Source of the DNA: Octopus vulgaris
Lineage: Eukaryota
Length of the DNA stretch: 64,000 bases
Direction: 5' to 3'
Assembly (NCBI GenBank): GCA_951406725.2
Contig: OX597816.1
Location: forward strand, 83,700,001-83,764,000
In this document: piece by piece, positions 52,111 to 63,853 of the stretch
Position numbering within the stretch: the stretch's first letter is position 1
How the letters are laid out: each line of letters opens with the position of its first letter
Notes under the pieces: generated by a model
Told to the model about the DNA's origin: nothing
Seen by the model: the letters and a program-made list of their open reading frames with translations, nothing else
Databases searched by the model: none
Translations under genes and position numbers: made by a program

Positions 52111-52642
52111 TATATGCCAAGATTAGAAAAAAATTGCATTGGTATAATGGTAAAATTGTATGACAACACGCGCTGTGGTATTTACTTTCGGATCTCTCTT
52201 TTTTGTATCTTTTACTTGTTTCAATTATTAGACTGCGGCCATGCTAGAGATGTTTATGTTTTGAGGTCAAATCTCACGTACGAGGGCGTCAATTTTGCCT
52301 TTTCTGATTAATAAAATGAAGGTAAACTGAAGGTGATTTAACCGATTAAGACATTCTCACTACCAAAGTTCTCTTATGCCATTGTTAAATAATATTCTTC
52401 TTATCTCAGTTGTTGTTACTGAACTGATCGAGGGCCGAGATAAAACGGCTTGTAGTAATTGGATCAAATCCCATAGGGGGCATGTTAACTTCTCATCCGC
52501 TCGGGATTGATAAAATAAAGTACCACGTACAGTATTGAAGTTGATATGATCGACTGGCGTCAGTTATCAAAACTGTGCGGTAGCATTATACATACATACA
52601 TACATACAAACATACATACATACATACATACATACATACATA

Positions 52643-52685
<43 letters not shown>

Positions 52686-52709
52686 GCACACACGCATATT
52701 CATATGTTA

Positions 52710-52872
52710 ACTTCTGCTGACTCTTTCGCCACAACTTTCTCTAACTTTTTCCTCCTGCATCTTGCAGCTCACTTGGGACGGACCGGCTTCCCGTCCAGGT
52801 GGGGAATCTATACGCCAAGGAAACCGGGAAACCGGCCCTTATGACCCAGGCGTGGCTCGAAAAGAAACAAAC
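52710..52872 (+). mobile_element. SINE family C 3' part
   Basis: GCAGCTCAC...CCCGTCCAGGTGGGGAATCTATACGCCAAGGAAACCGGGAAACCGGCCCTTATGA. Confidence 0.75.
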
Positions 52873-53681
52873 ATATTCGTATGTGAGTGTGTGCGTGCAA
52901 TATAACCGATATTCGGAAGATGGTTTCTAACATAAACCACGCTTCAGCTGGCACAATAATATCCTCATAGCTTTGTACGACAAAATCGAGCGTGTACAAT
53001 ACCTCACCAGCCGATCAAATATAGCTAAATTCAAAATCTGAAAGCGCTTGTCAAGTCTAAACACACGCATGAGAAGAACGACTAGAATCTTAATACTAAA
53101 GCAATAATTTAATATAGGTTGTATATTCAAAATTTCATTGTATTTCTCTGCTGAGATGTGCCCTCTCTGATACTTATGCCTTTTCCACTTGTAATTTATT
53201 GCTGGTACTAAAAAGGTTTCTCAACCACCGCTCTGGGCTGAAATAATCGGTGTAGTCCACAAGACTATAAATGCCAAAAGTTATGTGACAGTGGCTTCTT
53301 TGGTATGATACGACCGACATAGCAACTACAAAGAATGGTATTAGCAACGAAAGTTATGTAAAGAATTGTGTCCTCACATCTTCCGTAGTGTGTCTGACAT
53401 GACATGAGAAAATAGCCCGCATTGAGACGAAGTATATTACCTCAGTATGCACTTATACGCATGAGTATGTCACACATACACACACATACTCTCATGTATA
53501 GACTATATATATATATATATATAATGTGTATACATATAAAAGTATAAATTACGTATGCGTGTGTGTGTGTGCGCGCGTGCGTGTGTGTATTCATATATAT
53601 TTATGACAAGTGTATACGTAGATATATATTTTAAATATAAGTGGTGTTTGAATATATATATATATATATATATATGCATAC

Positions 53682-53721
<40 letters not shown>

Positions 53722-54214
53722 TATTTTATTATTTCTAAGAAGCTGTTTAACGTGGGAAAGAATAAAAGATGTTGAAGAAATGATGTTGAAATAAAATATA
53801 AAAAAACTAATAAACAAGTAAACGAAGATAGAAACAAAGAAAGAAAAGAAGAAAAGAGTTATCAGAGCAGTGTCGACAACAAGATAGATAAATCATATCT
53901 GTAAGATATTAGAATGAAAATATAAAAAATAAAAAAAAAAGATAAAAAGAGGGAAGGAAAGGGAGAAAGAGAGGGAGAGAGGGGGAGGGCGGAGAGAGAG
54001 GGGAGAGAAAGGTATTAAATAAAAAGGAGAAAAAGAAAAAAAGAAAGAAAAGCAGCGAAGGAAAAGGGTATAGGAAAAAAAGAAAGGAAAACGATGTAAG
54101 GAAGTTGTAAGGAATAATTTAATAGATAACAAGTAATTGGATAAACATGCGAACAGACGATCGTTTGTGCGTGTGGGTATGTATATACGTGTGTGTGTGT
54201 GTAAGTCTTTGTGC

Positions 54215-54265
<51 letters not shown>

Positions 54266-54271
54266 TACACG

Positions 54272-54302
<31 letters not shown>

Positions 54303-54751
54303 ATGTATGTATTTGTATATGCATATATGTACTATTATATATACTAACTTGCTTGTGTGGATATGTATATGCGTATATTCATAAACACGCACGACCCAAT
54401 ATATGTACACTCAAACACACGCACATACACTAATCTACGCTTACACATATGTGTGTGTGTGTGTGTGCATGTATATAAGTACGTGTGTGTGTGTGCTTGT
54501 CACAGCAAGCTATCGTATTAAATTGAAATTGTATTAATATGAACCATATGTATAGACACTTTAACACACCCACCCACACATATATAGGCACCCACTTTAT
54601 ACACATTACAACTAACCGCGACAAAAACAAAAACAATGACAACAACGAAGGGGGTACTATACAAAGAAACAAAAAACAATGAAATTCCCAGCTAATTCCA
54701 TCATCATTATCATCAACATCATCATCACCACAACAACTAGAATAAATGTTG

Positions 54752-55001
54752 TTTGTTCCTTTTAGATCCATGCCTGGTTCATAAGGGCCACTTTTTCGGT
54801 TTCATTGGCATATAGGTTCCCAACCTGGACGGGACGCCGTTCCATCAAAGGTGAGCTGCTAAATGCCATTACCTTCTGCTGGAACCGCGTTGAGCGTAGG
54901 TGTTTCGCTCACAAATACACATATCACCCGGTCTGAGATTCGAACACGCGATCCTTCGACCGCGAGTCCGCTGCTCAAACCACTAGGTCATGTGCTTCCA
55001 C
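54752..55001 (-). mobile_element. SINE family C
   Basis: tRNA-like head (reverse complement GTGGAAGCACATGACCTAGTGG...GTGTTCGAATC); tail as at 52710-52872. Confidence 0.8.
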
Positions 55002-55025
55002 AGATTAAATACTATAATCAATATT

Positions 55026-55553
55026 CTTTTCTACTCTAAGCACAAGGCCCGAAATTTTTGGGGAGGGGACAACTGTTACTTAATTTATCGACCCCGAAAA
55101 GATGAAAGGCAAAGTCGACCTCGGCCGAATTCGAGCTCAGAACGTAGCGACGGGCGAAATACCTATTTCTTTACTACCCACAAGGGGTTAAACACAGAGA
55201 GGACAAACAAGGACAGACAAACGGATTAAGTCGATTATATCGACCACAGTGCGTAACTGGTACTTACTTAATCGACCCCGAAAGGATGAAAGGCAAAGTC
55301 GACCTCGGCGGAATTCGGGCTCAGAACGTGAAGAGAGACGAAATACCTATTTCTTTACTACCAGAGAGGACAAACACAGAAAGGACAAACAAGGACAGAC
55401 AAACAGATTAAGTCGATTGTGTCGACCCCAGTGCGTAACTGGTACTTATTTAATCGACCCCTCGGCGGAATTTGAACTCAGAACGTAGCGGCAGATGAAA
55501 TACTGCTAAGCATTTCGCCCGGCGTGCTAACGTTTCTGCCAGCTCGCCGCCTT
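55026..55553 (-). mobile_element. SINE family B trimer with perfect 18-bp TSD
   Basis: Three body units and two Tx1-like linkers; AATACTATAATCAATATT at 55008-55025 and 55554-55571. Confidence 0.93.
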
Positions 55554-55798
55554 AATACTATAATCAATATTACTTGACAACACCCACATAATCAAAACTT
55601 TACCGTGTACTACTATACTACTGCTACAGCTACTGCTACTGCTAGTGGGTGGAATTGGCTGATGTTGCCATTCATGTAACGCTTAACAACTATTGCTTCC
55701 TAGGCGAAGCCGGTGGTTTTAAACTTTTATTTGTGGCACAATTTAGATAAAATATATTTTTATGACGTACTTCCTAAATCATGTTAGAAATCAGGTTT

Positions 55799-56114
55799 TG
55801 GCTGTGTGTGTTAAAAAGGTTGCTTTCCAGCCATGTGGTTTCTGGTTCTGTTCCACTCTGCAGCACGTTGGACTAGTGCCTTCTTCTACAGCCTTAAACC
55901 ATATTGCTTTATGAGTGAAGTTGGTAGAGGGAATCTGTTTTGAGAACCCGTCATAAAATATACATGTGTGTGTGTGTGCATGTGTACGTGCGTGTGTATG
56001 TTGTATGTGTGGTCGTGTGTGTGTGCTTTCCCCTGCACTGCTTTAAAATCGGAGTCGATTTGTTCGACTAAGCCCGTTAGGACGGTGCCCAGCAAAGCCG
56101 TAGTCAAATGATGG

Positions 56115-56118
<4 letters not shown>
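55799..56118 (+). mobile_element. SINE family A, diverged
   Basis: TGGCTGTGTGTG head, (TG)n middle and tail GGTGCCCAGCAAAGCCGTAGTCAAATGA. Confidence 0.75.
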
Positions 56119-56166
<48 letters not shown>

Positions 56167-56448
56167 GGTCCCGTTCTCTTGAATGAAACAGTTCTAGTCC
56201 TGTAGAAGCTCCTTCTATATAATAAATATATATATATATATATATATATACAGCTATTATGCTTACTACCCACAAAACACCACCACGTGGATTCTGTTGA
56301 GACCAGTAAGAAACAATTATGAACTATTTTATTACACTTAACTTTAAAAAATTTTTTTGATAAGGTTCGTTCTTTCAGGAAGAACCGAAACACGTAAAAT
56401 TTCTAAGACAATTAAAATTTATCTTATATAGTGGCGTTTTCAAACTTC

Positions 56449-56542
<94 letters not shown>

Positions 56543-56552
56543 GAAAAGGGAT

Positions 56553-56583
<31 letters not shown>

Positions 56584-57097
56584 TGTAGATAGATAGATAG
56601 ATATACAACACATACTAGTGCTATTCGTAATGTGACAGGTGACTTTCGCTGTATGATGGGTAATATCAGGAAATATACCATATTTACGAGAATTTATTTG
56701 GTGCTTCTATAAAATGATGAAATGAATGCTAGATTTTGAAGGAAATGTAGTTATTACCTTAAATCAAATAAAATATTTCTCATATGTATAACTCCTTTCA
56801 TAACTACTCTCATTTAACCTCTCTCTCCTCTTCCTCTTTTGTCTCTATGATTCTTTCTCGCTTTGTGAGCGTGCGAGCGCGTGTGTAGCGTTCTTTTACT
56901 AATTGCTTGTCAGTGAAACTAGTATGTGTACTCATCCGGCACCACTCATGTCAACTGTCTTTGTATCTCTCTCTCTTTCTCCTCTCTGAGAAATCAATTA
57001 GCATATTGACTCATATATACACACAGGCAATGGCATGTCAACTTCGTAGAGTTCTTGATTTTTGGTGTAGTATACAAGTTCATTGAATCGAAATATT

Positions 57098-57496
57098 CTT
57101 TTCTACTCAAGGCACAATGCCCGAAATTTTGGGGGAGAGGGCCAGTCGTTTAGCTCGACTCCAGTACGCAACTGGTACTTAATTTATCGACCCCACAAAA
57201 GGATGAAAGGCAAAGTCAACTTCAACGGAATTTGAACTCAGAACTTAAAGACAGACGAAATACCTATTTCTTTACTACCCACAAGGTGCTAAACACAGAG
57301 AGGACAAACAAGGATAGACAAACGGATTAAGTCGATTACATCGACCTCAGTGCGTAACTGGTTCTTAATTTATCGACCCCGAAGGGTGAAAGGTAAAGTC
57401 GACCTCGGCGAAATTTGAACTCAGACCCTAACGGCAATCGAAATACGGCTACACATTTCGCCCGGCGTGCTAACGTTTCTGCCAGCTCGCCGCCTT
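57098..57496 (-). mobile_element. SINE family B dimer with perfect 16-bp TSD
   Basis: ATTGAATCGAAATATT at 57082-57097 and 57497-57512; linker at 57265-57329. Confidence 0.93.
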
Positions 57497-58338
57497 ATTG
57501 AATCGAAATATTAATAATTTAAGAACCCGATGAAAGATAGGTGGAGCGCATAAGCGAATAATTTTGATGCCAGACTTGATCGGAAGCTTTCCAAAGAGCG
57601 AGAAAATCGGCATTTTATCAACATTTGTCTAAGGCGAGAGCTCACTAGATCAAGCTTATGGGAAACCTTACTATAGTTCGTAAAGTTATTTATCATAGTA
57701 AACATTTACAAGCAAGACCATGTACTTATAGTATACTTATATGCAATTTTGGTCTTGTATTAGCAACCATTTAAAAGCGATTTCGATCCATGGCAAATGG
57801 CAACGAAAAGAAATTCTGTTTAAACATTTTCATTATAGAGTAATCACCCCCACCATCTCTCACTTTCCTTACTGCTAATGTTCCGTTTCATTCCTTTGCC
57901 TTCAACAACATCAATAATAACAACAATAACGACTACGACAACTAAAAACAACACTAACAACGACAACAGTAACAACCCACTTCAAGTGTTTTATTAAGAG
58001 CTGTGTGGTAAAGGGGTTGTCTGTATAATCGTTAGAGTTTATCAAATAATCTTTTTATACAACACGGGGGCTGTCTGACGGGAAACTTTCCCCAAACAAA
58101 CAATCAACTGCCAACTACTTGAATAACAGATCGTATCTTAACGACTAGTTAAACTGACGGCGTCCCATGTAGATTACTGGTAGATGCGGTTGATGGTGGC
58201 AGTGGCGGAAATAATTTTGATGGTGGTGGAGGTGGTGGTGGTGGTGGTGGTGGTGGTAGTGGGGGTGGGGTGATGGCGTTGGGAGTATAATTGTTGGTAG
58301 TGTTTTTGTTGTTGTTGGTAGTGATGATGGTGCTTGTA

Positions 58339-58660
58339 GTGAAAGCGCGTGGCTTGGTGGTTAGGGTATTCGGCTCACGATCGTGAGGTCGTGAGTTCAA
58401 TTCCCGGTGGCGCGTTGTGTCCTTAAGCAAGACACTTTATTTCACAGTGCTCCAGTCCGCTCAGCTGGCAAAAATGAGTAGTGTCTGTATTTCAAAGGAC
58501 CAGCCTCGTCACACTCTGTGTCACGCTGAAATCTACTTAAGTACTACATTAAGGGTACACGTGTTTGTGGAGTGCTCAGCCACTTCCACGTTAATTTCAC
58601 GAACAGGATGTTCTGCTGATCGGATCAACTTGAACCCTCATCGTCGTAACCGATGGAGTT
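58339..58660 (+). mobile_element. tRNA-derived CORE-type SINE, family C variant with a different 3' half
   Basis: A box TGGCTTGGTGG, B box GAGTTCAATTCC and CORE-like TGTCCTTAAGCAAGACACTTTA; it ends ...CGTCGTAACCGATGGAGT. Confidence 0.87.
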
Positions 58661-58838
58661 CTAGGGAGTGCTAGGGATTGCCAGGGAGTACCGAGGAGTG
58701 CCAGGAAGTGCCATGGAGTACCAGGGTGTGCCGGGGAGTGCCAGTGAGTGCCGCCAGTGAGTGCCGGGGAGTACCAGTGAGTGCCAGTGAATGCCGGGGA
58801 GTGCCAGGGAGTGGCGAGGAGTGCCAGGGAGTGCCAAG
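58655..58838 (+). repeat. Minisatellite with ~10-11-bp unit GGAGTGCCAGG
   Basis: Roughly 17 imperfect copies of (G)GAGTGCCAG(G) directly follow the SINE end. Confidence 0.9.
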
Positions 58839-59052
58839 TGATGCTAGTAGTAGTGGCGTGGTTAGAAATAATTTTGACAGCAGTGTTGTTCCTGTTGTTA
58901 TTGTGTCTTGTAGTTTTATCAACATTGGTGGTGGTAATTGCTGTGATGTTCTTGTTAGTGTTGTTCTTTGTAATGTTCGCATTAGTGCTGGTGCTGGTGC
59001 ATTTGTAAATAGTATTGCTGTTAATGGTGGTGATGATGTTGATGGTAATGAT

Positions 59053-59432
59053 AAAGCGGCGAGTTGGCAGAGTCGTTAGCACGCCGGGCGAAATGCTTAG
59101 CGGTATTTCGGCTGCCGCTACGTTCTGAGTTCAAATTCCACCGAGGTCGACTTTGCTTTTCATCCTATCGGGGTCGATTAAATAAGTGCCAGTTACGCAC
59201 TGGGATCGATATAATCGACTTAATCCGTTTGTCTGTCCTTGTCTGTCCCTTCTGTTTTTAGCCCCTTGTGGGTAGTAAACAAACAGGTATTTACGTTCTG
59301 AGTTCAAATTCCGCCGAGGTCAACTTTGCCTTTCATCCTTTCGGGGTCGATAAATTAAGCACGAGTTACGCACTGGGATCGATTTAATCAACTGCCCTTC
59401 CCCCCAAAACATTGTGCCTAGCGTAGAAAAAG
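59053..59432 (+). mobile_element. SINE family B dimer with 18-bp TSD (2 mismatches)
   Basis: GATGTTGATGGTAATGAT (59035-59052) / GATGTTCATAGTAATGAT (59433-59450); linker at 59221-59285. Confidence 0.9.
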
Positions 59433-59945
59433 GATGTTCATAGTAATGATGTTGAATCCCAGTGTTGGTGGTTGTGGTAATTTTACTAATGTTGTTCTTG
59501 GTGATGGTAATGCTGGAGCTGTTGCTGTTGTTGTTGTTGTTGTTGTTGGTGGTGGTGGTGTATATATTGTTATTGGTGCGGTTGTTGGTGGCAGTGATGC
59601 TCATCGTCATCTTAATGTTAGTGGTGGTGTTTGTTGAAGGACGAATAGTTGATGTTCTTATTAATATTAGAAGTCGTATAATTACTGAAAAATAATATTT
59701 TGTATGCGGGGCTTATCATCGTCAACGTCGACATCATCATCATCGTCACCATCATCATTATTATTATTATTGTTATAATCATCATCAACATCATCGAAAT
59801 ATACACTTGTTTCAATACATCTTTGCATCATGTCAAAGTGATGAATCATTTAGATATTTGACAAGATACAAAGATGTATTGAACTAACAGTACATTATTA
59901 AAATTTTATTATCATCATCATCATCATTATTATTATAATATTAAA

Positions 59946-59999
<54 letters not shown>

Positions 60000-60929
60000 C
60001 ATTATTATTATTATTATTATTTACAAAACTCATGCCACCACACCACCCGAAACCACCCACACCACATCACACCCACCCGACACCACCAACACCCTGGTGG
60101 CAAATAAAAGAATTTATTATTATTATTATTATGTAAATATTGGTACCTATGTATTTGAATGTACGTATGTTTAACAATTGCATAATTAAACAAATACATA
60201 CATACACAAATAATGTGCGTAAGAGTGGGAAAAAGAGAGAGAGACAGAAGAAAAGAGAGAGAGAGTCAGATAGAAGAAGAGAGAGAGAGACAGAAGAAGA
60301 GAGGGAGAGAGAGAAGGAAGGAGATGGAGAGAGAAGAAAGAGAGAGAGAGAGAAATTGTTTTAATATAAGTTGACATCTAAAAAGAGTTTTATATCCAGA
60401 TAATGCATTAAGTTTGAAGATATATCAAGACTGTTGAACACATCTGTATATCAAAATATGAATGTAATGCCATTTTATCTAATGTTTATTATTACTTTTT
60501 TCCTTAATTGTTATCTATAGACGTACCACCTCCTTTATACGTAATTATAGGAATAAATTTTTTTTGTCCCTATCTTTCTTTATATTTTTATAACAGTCTG
60601 TTCCTTTACCATCGCCCCCCTATTCCTGCAGTTTTAGAACTTGTATGTAATCAAATGTCTTGGGGAGACTCTTAAGGAGATGTCCTTTGGAAATAGATAT
60701 ATACGGATAAAAAATGAAATATTAACAGCTCGACATCTGTGGTTGACATCCTGAATTAAACATATAGCGCGTCAATATACGTCGGCATAAACATAAAAAT
60801 ACACACACAGACAAGCGTATATACATCCGAAAACGGAAATACGCACACACTTATGTGTGCGCCACGTGTGTTCGTTTGTAACAGAGAGAAAGAGTTTAGC
60901 TATGAGTGTACATGTGTGAGCGTTCGTGA

Positions 60930-60985
<56 letters not shown>

Positions 60986-60999
60986 ATATATAAATATAT

Positions 61000-61046
<47 letters not shown>

Positions 61047-61084
61047 CATATATATATATATACATATATATATACATACATACA

Positions 61085-61120
<36 letters not shown>

Positions 61121-61228
61121 CCTGTTTATGTGTATGTATGTGTATATATGGGTGTACAGAAAGAACGGCAGAGTTTATTTCAAGACACTAGTACATAAAC
61201 ACACATATGTGTGCACGCGTGCCTAATG

Positions 61229-61401
61229 TATTTGGTTGGCAACTAAGTTCCCGCTGTTTTTTTTTAAATTTTGGAATCTATTTCTTTTCGAGAATTCTAT
61301 TTTTGAATCATTTTGGAATCTATTTTCTTTTTTCTGGTTAATATTAGTTAATTTTTGTATATTTTCAGATCATTAAAATGTTATGTCAAGTTAAGAAAAA
61401 C
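61229..61401 (+). mobile_element. mariner 5' end remnant
   Basis: TA + TTTGGTTGGCAACTAAGT resembles mariner TIRs (TTGGGTTGGCAACTAAGT). An AT-rich leader and ATG-TTA-TGT-CAA-GTT-AAG-AAA-AAC follow, truncated by a SINE-B tail fragment (CCTTGTGCCTAGAGTAGAA). Confidence 0.6.
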
Positions 61402-61597
61402 CTTGTGCCTAGAGTAGAACACAAAAGGAGATTCCCTGTTTTAAGCTATTCTGATGGCTATGGAACTTGATGACTAGATGTTACGAATACATAGTCTCGT
61501 TTTACAGCACATCATACAAATCACCTTCAGCTAGTACTAAAATTTGACCTTGACTTGACCAATGAGAATCGACCTACCTAAACAGCCTGATTAAACA

Positions 61598-61899
61598 CAG
61601 TGCCAAACTAACGGCGGAGTTCGAAGCAGTCCAATGCCATTACACTAAAATGATTGAAACAGTGCAGTGGATGAGCAACAGAGATAGGCTGAGAAATCTG
61701 CAACTTTACTCCCTGGAGCGAAGGCGTGAGAGATATGCAATAATATACATATGGAGAATCCTAGAAGGGTTAGTACCTAACTTAGGCATTGAGTGTTATA
61801 CAAATGCCAAAACTGGCCGCCATTGTATTGTACCAAAGGTACCATCCACTCCATCTAAATTCAGGACCAGGTATTTCAATAGTCTAGGATTCAAAGGCC
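61598..61899 (+). pseudogene. CR1-like LINE RT C-terminal fragment
   Basis: AEFEAVQCHYTKMIETVQWMSNRDRLRNLQLYSLERRRERYAIIYIWRILEGLVPN...FNSLGFKG carries the 'lE.vQr..Tk.i......Y.eRL..L.LySLerRR' motif of CR1/L2-group ORF2. Confidence 0.85.
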
Positions 61900-62099
61900 T
61901 CGCCATGATAGACCGTTAGCCACTACACACATTTTTTCCCTCCTTGTTTCTCTCCTAGTTTTTTCTGTGTCCCTTTCTGTAGAAGAGCGTCGGCTCGAAA
62001 CGTAAAAGACTTTTTCTATTCCTGAGCGTTATACTAATACATCTGTTTGTTTTCTACACCATCTGTCTTCGTTTTGTGTCTTTTTCGTAAACTCTCCCT
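61900..62099 (+). mobile_element. ~200-bp short element with hammerhead-like motif (copy 2)
   Basis: Homologous to 21754-21937; it truncates the CR1-like ORF and is followed by (TA)n. Confidence 0.85.
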
Positions 62100-62104
62100 A
62101 TATA

Positions 62105-62150
<46 letters not shown>

Positions 62151-62462
62151 CGCGTGTGTATATGTATATGTATATATATGTATGTATATTTGTATATATT
62201 AATTAATATTCAGGACAAGCAAGTAAGTACTCAGGCTTAACCACATGCTTAAAGGAGACGTCAAATGTCTTTAAGCTACCTTAAAAATATCACAATAAAT
62301 ACGCGTCGAATTCGGGCAAATATACAAAAAAGATTCATGAAAAGGTTTAATTACGCATCAATTGATTTCGGGATTAAAGGGAACCCCACTTTTTCCCATC
62401 ATGAGTGTAATACAACCCAGTGCACATAAAAACGAACAATTATACACACCCCATATATGTAT

Positions 62463-62577
<115 letters not shown>

Positions 62578-63780
62578 TGTGTAGTATGTATTACTTATAA
62601 CGTGGACGCAGTAACTTAGCTAGCAAATTCCCGCTGAAGTCAGTCACCGCCTTAGATTCCATTATCACTTTTGTGTATTTCGCTTATTTTATAAAAGAAG
62701 GAAAAGCATCTCAAAATCATATTCTTTCATCTTTGGTTGGTATAGGATTACCAGAATGGCTATTGAGTGTACCTTGCTATTAAACTATTGAGAGTTAATT
62801 AAAATCCTATAAAGTTAAGTAAATTTCGTCCGTAATATTTGTGCCTGATTTCAATAAATATTTGCTCTCGTATAGCCGCGTGTGCTGTTTTCTTTGCGTT
62901 GCTATTTTAGTTGTTGTTGGGCTTCACCTCCACTCTGATCGCGCATATTTACCTATAGGCATTCCGGTTGTGACCAGCCCGTCTTTTAATATGAATGTTG
63001 AAATACTGAGTTAGTTTTAGTTTGAAATAATAAAATGTGATTTGATTTGATGTGGCTACTGTTTTGAGCAGGTCTCAGTATTTGTTAAATTACATCAAAA
63101 TATACGTAAAGCGGTTCCGTATTACTGAATGTGACATGTATTTCGTTAAAGGTACTAACAACTGCAGTTATACAGACATAATTATGCAGTTGCTTGAGTT
63201 TTGGTTTGGAATTATGCATGCATTTTTTAATATTTTCGAAATTCTGACTTATGTTTGACATATAATACTTGAGACACTGCGTGTAGCCTTATTAAACATA
63301 ATTTTTTTTTCTTCTTACTGTTTCTATCGTCAAATTTTGGTGACAGCTCGTAGACATAAAGAATTTTCATAACATGATATTGATACATTATCAACAGGCT
63401 AAAAATTCAACTTGAAGCAAAACCTGGTCAAGAGTAGTATGTTATCGAAATTAATCAATCAATAGATAAAGACAACAAATAAACTCGAATAAACATCGGT
63501 GCGTGCACGACGGAGAAAATATGCATTCTGATTTCAAATCCCATCAGAAGCGATTTTAATTTTCACTATACAGTATTTTAGATAATTACTACCAAGCGAG
63601 AACTGAATGGCTGATTTTTGCTATAGTATGGCCATATTTATAGAGTTATGCCTACAGTACAGATTACTATTATTATTTACTTTGCTTTCTGTCGAAACAA
63701 CCATAAATTACTGCAGTAAATATAATTTGCAATACTCCTTACACAATGCCCGTTGTTTAATACATAAGTTTATTATTATT

Positions 63781-63853
63781 GAGTGAGAGAGCAGCAAATG
63801 CCATCAAAGCAAAACTGGGATAAAATATTCGAAGTCCAATATACCCATCACGA
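63781..63853 (-). mobile_element. 3' fragment of the (AAT)n-associated retroposon
   Basis: Reverse complement of ~25535-25608, abutting (TTA)n. Confidence 0.75.

Noticed and set aside
58339-58415. tRNA genes at SINE heads (also ~2790-2861 and ~54925-55001)
   Set aside because: A and B boxes are present, but there is no clean acceptor stem and each continues into a multicopy SINE body.
58655-58838. CRISPR-like array, or a repeat-protein ORF (58678..59079)
   Set aside because: The units are contiguous ~10-11-mers with no unique spacers, the context is eukaryotic, and the ORFs are open only because the repeat lacks stops.
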